Shown piece after piece: positions 54,223 to 58,472 of a stretch of 58,472 nt of DNA. The stretch is from the NCBI GenBank assembly GCA_913040915.1, contig CAJWHW010000010.1, positions 1 to 58,472 of the forward strand, given 5' to 3'. The position numbers were made by a program, and so were the translations under genes. Position 1 is the stretch's first letter. Each line of letters opens with the position of its first letter. The notes below the pieces were generated by a model. That model searched no databases and was not told where the DNA came from. It saw nothing but the letters and a program-made list of their open reading frames with translations. Origin of the DNA: an uncultured Fidelibacterota bacterium (lineage in GTDB: Bacteria > Fidelibacterota > Marinisomatia > Marinisomatales > UBA1611).

Positions 54223-55939
54223 TTTCAGCTTGGTTCAATGAATATAATGATATCCCATTTCCACCATTTTGTTTTGTTTTATACATGGTCTGATCAGCAA
54301 GGTCAATTAATTCTTTCATATTTTCTGAATGCGTTGGATACATTGCCATACCACAAGAAATGGTCATTTGTACATCTTGGCCATTCATTGAGAATGGATA
54401 ATCAGCAATATTATCAACAATCCTCTGTCCAACAACCATTCCCATTTCAGGCGTGGTATTAATTAAAATAATTGCAAATTCTTCACCACCATAACGGGCA
54501 ACTGAATCTACTGTACGCACATTTTCAGTTAGGATATTTGCGGTTCTTTGAATCACATAATCTCCGTATGGATGACCTAACGTATCATTAATTCGCTTAA
54601 ATTTATCCAAGTCAAAGATCATAAAGGCCATATGATGTTGAAACCGTTTTGCCCTTTCTATCTCTTCTGCAAACCTCTCTTTAAATGTCTGGTGGTTTAA
54701 CAAACCAGAAAGCCCATCATGTGTTGCATTCTGGTATATTTTTTCATATTCAACTACCCAGTGCAATGCAGAACCCAATACTTGACCAATCAATTTACAG
54801 GTTTGTTGATCTGATTCTGCAAAAGGTATATTTGTCAATCGTTCTAATATTAAAGAGCCACGATTTTCACCTTGAATAATAATTGGAACTCCCATTACAG
54901 AATAAAATTCTGTTTCACTTTCATCATTACTAAAGCGAGATAGATTTGTATATTTCTCTTTCCAGTTTTGTGTCAGGATCATTTCACCACTTACCGCTGG
55001 TAACCCATGTAGACTGCCATTTGTTGGGAATTCAGCTCCAACTAAATAAGCATCTTTTATACCATCAACTACTTTTATCGTAGAGTTAATACCAACTTCA
55101 TTTTTTAAAGAAATTGTTAATCGGGAATATTGGAAAAATGTACGAATTAAATTTTTAAAATGGTTCATGATCTGTGATTCGTCAGATTTGAAATTCAAAT
55201 CAGAAACCATCTCTAAAATGCGAGACTTATTTTCATCTTTTAAAATGTTTTTTTCTAGAGATTCCAGACTTTCTATACCAAAGGAAATAAAATCCCCTAA
55301 AGTTTCTAAAACAGCTTTATTATTATCCGTTATTTCAGAGAAATGTTCAATTCGAGTAATAACAAACCCTGCAACTGAATCATTTAGAGTGATTGAACTC
55401 CCAATAACACACTCACTTCCCCGCCACGGCTTGGATTCAAAAATTTGATTCCAAGATTCTACAGTATCTTTCTGATAAACTATCTTATTTTTTTGAAGAA
55501 TGGATTTAACCACTTGATTGGAAATGGGAATCGAATTAGAAAAATCATCTGAATTGGCACGCTGCAAAGTAAATTCCTGAGCTCCTGGGTCAATCATAAA
55601 AATTGCAGAATCAAATTTTGGATTAGTAGCTCTAGTCGTAGATAAGACTAATGATTGCAAATTATCATAAAGTTCTGACGTTGACATACTTTTCGAATAA
55701 TATGAATCTTCCACTCTAGAACCTGATTCTAATTCTTCCGAAACAGATTCTTGATTTGATAATGAGCCCAAAACCTGATTGTACATCATTAGAACTATTA
55801 TAATCCCAATTAACAAAATATATTTTAGAATATTAGATAGCTCTGAAAGTGATTCGGGGAGAAATACGAAAATAAAGAGTAACAAGCAAAATGCTGTTAA
55901 CATCCTTGTAAATGGAGTCAGATTATTCATTGAAGTCAA
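54212..55939 (-). CDS. Membrane-anchored GAF-GAF-GGDEF diguanylate cyclase (start may be 55930)
   Basis: Two N-terminal TM helices, GAF-like segments, DGLSGLLN, DLDKFKRINDTLGH, RxxD I-site (RTVD), RYGGEEF. Confidence 0.93.
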   Translation of the reverse strand: MTSMNNLTPFTRMLTAFCLLLFIFVFLPESLSELSNILKYILLIGIIIVLMMYNQVLGSLSNQESVSEELESGSRVEDSYYSKSMSTSELYDNLQSLVLSTTRATNPKFDSAIFMIDPGAQEFTLQRANSDDFSNSIPISNQVVKSILQKNKIVYQKDTVESWNQIFESKPWRGSECVIGSSITLNDSVAGFVITRIEHFSEITDNNKAVLETLGDFISFGIESLESLEKNILKDENKSRILEMVSDLNFKSDESQIMNHFKNLIRTFFQYSRLTISLKNEVGINSTIKVVDGIKDAYLVGAEFPTNGSLHGLPAVSGEMILTQNWKEKYTNLSRFSNDESETEFYSVMGVPIIIQGENRGSLILERLTNIPFAESDQQTCKLIGQVLGSALHWVVEYEKIYQNATHDGLSGLLNHQTFKERFAEEIERAKRFQHHMAFMIFDLDKFKRINDTLGHPYGDYVIQRTANILTENVRTVDSVARYGGEEFAIILINTTPEMGMVVGQRIVDNIADYPFSMNGQDVQMTISCGMAMYPTHSENMKELIDLADQTMYKTKQNGGNGISLYSLNQAENED

Positions 55940-56014
55940 AATACAAAAATCCCCGTCAATAAAGTTAGCAAGTTTAGACGGGGATTAAAACCTGTTTGGT
56001 GATTCAATCAAAAA

Positions 56015-56557
56015 TCAATCATTCACAAATTGAATTTTCTTTGAAAAATCTTTCTGGGATTTCTTTTTATTTTTATTAAGAGTTGAATCTTCTTCAACTT
56101 CAGCTAAATCCAGAGTCGGTTTAGTTATATTGATATTTTCTAAACTGGGATTTGATAATGGTGATATTTTATCTTCTGTATAAAGTTTTGATTGAATAGG
56201 TACAGCTTGGTAAGGTGAAAAAAGCTGAGCGGAAATAAAAAGAAAGGCTATAACCAATCCAGTCATTAAGGAAGCATGCATGGGTTTAAACCCTAAAATA
56301 GTATATTGGAAAGGGCCAGAAGGACTTAATTCCCCAGAACCTATTCGAATTTTTTCTAATAGTTTCTCATTAAAATCAGATGCAGCAGATACTTTAGGAA
56401 TAGCTCTCATTTGAGCCATATTTTCTTTAACTGATTCTATTTGTTCCTTACAATCCGGATTTACTTCCAGATAAGCTTCAAACTCTTTCCTTTTTTTGAT
56501 GGAAAGTTGATTTTCAATATATTCAGAGATTAAATCTTCAAATTGATAGCGATTCAT
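56015..56557 (-). CDS. Probable transmembrane anti-sigma factor
   Basis: Directly downstream of the ECF sigma gene; ASD-like N-terminus LISEYIENQL...FEAYLEVNPDC; single TM. Confidence 0.78.
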   Translation of the reverse strand: MNRYQFEDLISEYIENQLSIKKRKEFEAYLEVNPDCKEQIESVKENMAQMRAIPKVSAASDFNEKLLEKIRIGSGELSPSGPFQYTILGFKPMHASLMTGLVIAFLFISAQLFSPYQAVPIQSKLYTEDKISPLSNPSLENINITKPTLDLAEVEEDSTLNKNKKKSQKDFSKKIQFVND

Positions 56558-56576
56558 CGATAGGTTTTACTCCTGT

Positions 56577-57164
56577 TTATCTTAAGTATTTCAGATCAGC
56601 CTGCAATTGCAAACGAGCCCTATTAATTCTTGATTTTACTGTCCCCAACGGAACACCAATAATACTACTGATATCATCATAAGAAAGTTCCTGAATATCA
56701 CGTAATATGATTACTGTCCTAAAATGCTCAGGCAATTCCTGTATGGCTTTTTGAATCCGTTTTTCAGCGAATTCGTTCTGTAATTCCTGTCCGGTTTCAG
56801 GTTGGATTGCCGGTAAATCATAGTCTTTTTCTTCCCTCGTCATTTGACTCAATAGAGTAGTTTTCCGCCTTTTCCGTTTTCTGAGTTCTGTGTTAGCTAA
56901 ATTTCGTGCTATCGTGTAAATCCAAGTTGAAAATTTTGCTATTTCCCGGTAATAATGTTTCTTCTGGTATAATTTTAACATTGTGTCCTGCACTACATCT
57001 TCTGACTGTTCAAAATCTCCTAAAAACTGATATACAAAATTAATCAACCTGTCTCGATAACGATTCACAAGTTCAATGTATGCTCTTTCATCGCCAGACT
57101 GGAAACGACTGATTAATTGTTCATCGGTATAAACAAAGGGTGAATTTTGTTTATCCAATGACAT
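56577..57164 (-). CDS. ECF (sigma-70 group 4, RpoE-like) sigma factor; likely start 57164
   Basis: DEQLI, AYIELVNRY, EDVVQD, FSTWIYTIARN, LSYDDIS...GTVKSRINRAR. Confidence 0.96.
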   Translation of the reverse strand: MSLDKQNSPFVYTDEQLISRFQSGDERAYIELVNRYRDRLINFVYQFLGDFEQSEDVVQDTMLKLYQKKHYYREIAKFSTWIYTIARNLANTELRKRKRRKTTLLSQMTREEKDYDLPAIQPETGQELQNEFAEKRIQKAIQELPEHFRTVIILRDIQELSYDDISSIIGVPLGTVKSRINRARLQLQADLKYLR

Positions 57165-58125
57165 GTCCGATAAATTGGATAAGTTCTGTCTCATCTGAAC
57201 TAATAGTTGTTTTTTTCCTTTTATCAATTTGCCCTAATTGGTTTAAAGCGAATTCCAATTTTTTTCGAGAAAATCCTTTTGAAAATTGTGGAATCTTCTT
57301 TTTTACTGATGGCGGTATAGGCATATAACTTCTTGAATCAGTGAAAGTTCCATTTTTCATTTTTACATATAACATCTCCTGAAACATGGCAGTTAGAGGA
57401 TAAATCAATGAAATCATAGAATCATTGGATGTAATGATAGTTTTTCCCAAAGATAGGGTTCTTTCATAATCCTTTTCTCCGAATGCTAATAAAAATTCCC
57501 AGCGTTGATATTCTCTTTTCCATCCTGAAAATTTTTCAATGTCATTTAGCGTAATATCATCTCTATCTCCAACCCAAAGACATATTTTATCAATTTCATT
57601 CTGTAGATGCATTAATGAATCTCCAGCCATTTCTACTGTGATATTTATGATAGTAGGATGAACTGATTTCTGTCTTTCTTTAAAAAAATAGTTTGCCCAT
57701 TTTTTTAATTTTGAAGAAAAAGGTGTTTGAACATCTATTGGGTCAAGTAATTTTTCTATTTGAGTTAAAAAAGCTGCTTTTTTCGTCCAATCATCGTTCG
57801 TTAAAACCAGAATATTGTTTTCATTGGGGAATTTGCAATATTCTAATAAATCATCATTCACTTTTCCTTTTAATTGTTGCGGGTTTTTTAAAATAAATAA
57901 TGTTTTTGTTGCAAAAAGATCAGTTATAGTTAACCGATCAATGATTTCCTTACCTTTTATCTCATCAGGAACTAAAAAGTATTTATTTTCTGGCTGATCA
58001 TTAAAAAAGTATCTGGAAATTTTATCGATAAAAAAAGATTGAAGAAATTGATCACCGCCTTTTAAAAAGTAAATAGGTTTTAATAAACCAGATTTTAGAT
58101 CATTGATTGCGTCTTTAACTTTCAT
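57151..58125 (-). CDS. holA: DNA polymerase III delta subunit
   Basis: LKPIYFLKGGDQFL, DLFATK, LQNEIDKI, IDKRKK; typical length. Confidence 0.85.
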   Translation of the reverse strand: MKVKDAINDLKSGLLKPIYFLKGGDQFLQSFFIDKISRYFFNDQPENKYFLVPDEIKGKEIIDRLTITDLFATKTLFILKNPQQLKGKVNDDLLEYCKFPNENNILVLTNDDWTKKAAFLTQIEKLLDPIDVQTPFSSKLKKWANYFFKERQKSVHPTIINITVEMAGDSLMHLQNEIDKICLWVGDRDDITLNDIEKFSGWKREYQRWEFLLAFGEKDYERTLSLGKTIITSNDSMISLIYPLTAMFQEMLYVKMKNGTFTDSRSYMPIPPSVKKKIPQFSKGFSRKKLEFALNQLGQIDKRKKTTISSDETELIQFIGHVIG

Positions 58126-58472
58126 TTTGTGTTTCTAAGCTCACAATATAGACTGCAAGAAAAGCAAGGATAAAACTGCTAAGCCTTTCTGTAACTAGTC
58201 CCCTTAGTACAGGAATATTTGCCCAAATAATGGTCGTAAGGAACCCAACTAATAACCCAGCGATAACACCTTTTCTTGTTGTTTTCTCCCACCAAAGTGT
58301 CAAAACCAAGGCTGGGCCAAAGGCAGAACCCAAACCACTCCAGGCATAACTAACAACTCCAAAGATTGTTTTCCCAGTATATTGTGAGAATATTGCAATA
58401 CCGTAAGCAATGAGTCCTAAAATAACAGTGAAGATTCTACTGTTCGTTACTGCTGTTATTTTTTTTTCTTTT
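58115..58472 (-). CDS. Sodium/proline (SSS) symporter, C-terminal part; N-terminus lies beyond the window
   Basis: Frame open to the window edge: ...SRIFTVILGLIAYGIA...VVSYAWSGLGSAFGPALVLTLWW..TRKGVIAG. Confidence 0.88.
   Translation of the reverse strand, partial: KEKKITAVTNSRIFTVILGLIAYGIAIFSQYTGKTIFGVVSYAWSGLGSAFGPALVLTLWWEKTTRKGVIAGLLVGFLTTIIWANIPVLRGLVTERLSSFILAFLAVYIVSLETQNES

Noticed and set aside
57165..57227. N-terminal extension of the ECF sigma ORF
   Set aside because: Lies within holA; ATG at 57164 gives a typical ECF length

Overview
AT-rich, gene-dense bacterial chromosomal segment with about 45 CDS, nearly all on the minus strand and mostly housekeeping or envelope genes. The gene set (FlgD/T9SS-type C-terminal domain protein with a dockerin, ileS-dksA-lspA order, YfhO plus GT4 pair) suggests an FCB-group marine organism, most likely Ca. 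Marinimicrobia (inference). In window order: ahcY-metK-metF-like-metH methionine cycle (transcribed from metH) behind a SAM-II riboswitch; pckA, xerC, rluD, lspA, dksA-like, ileS; an envelope block (DegP, large secreted dockerin/cohesin protein, M1 peptidase fused to an Omp85-like barrel, TlpA, DsbD, cyclophilin); pyrEF; transporters; a structured orphan RNA candidate; hflX to yajC; a glycan locus (YfhO, acetyltransferase, Wzx, sulfotransferase, GT4, two GT2); TPR, diguanylate cyclase, anti-sigma/ECF sigma, holA. No mobile element, CRISPR array, rRNA or tRNA was seen. The best leads are the M1-peptidase-Omp85 fusion, the SAM-II riboswitch with a terminator/antiterminator platform, the ~148-nt 6S-like RNA candidate, a possible sulfated-glycan protein O-glycosylation system, a mycobacterial-type MTHFR and an IleRS with both signature motifs altered. 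All calls come from reading motifs by eye; no searches were run.
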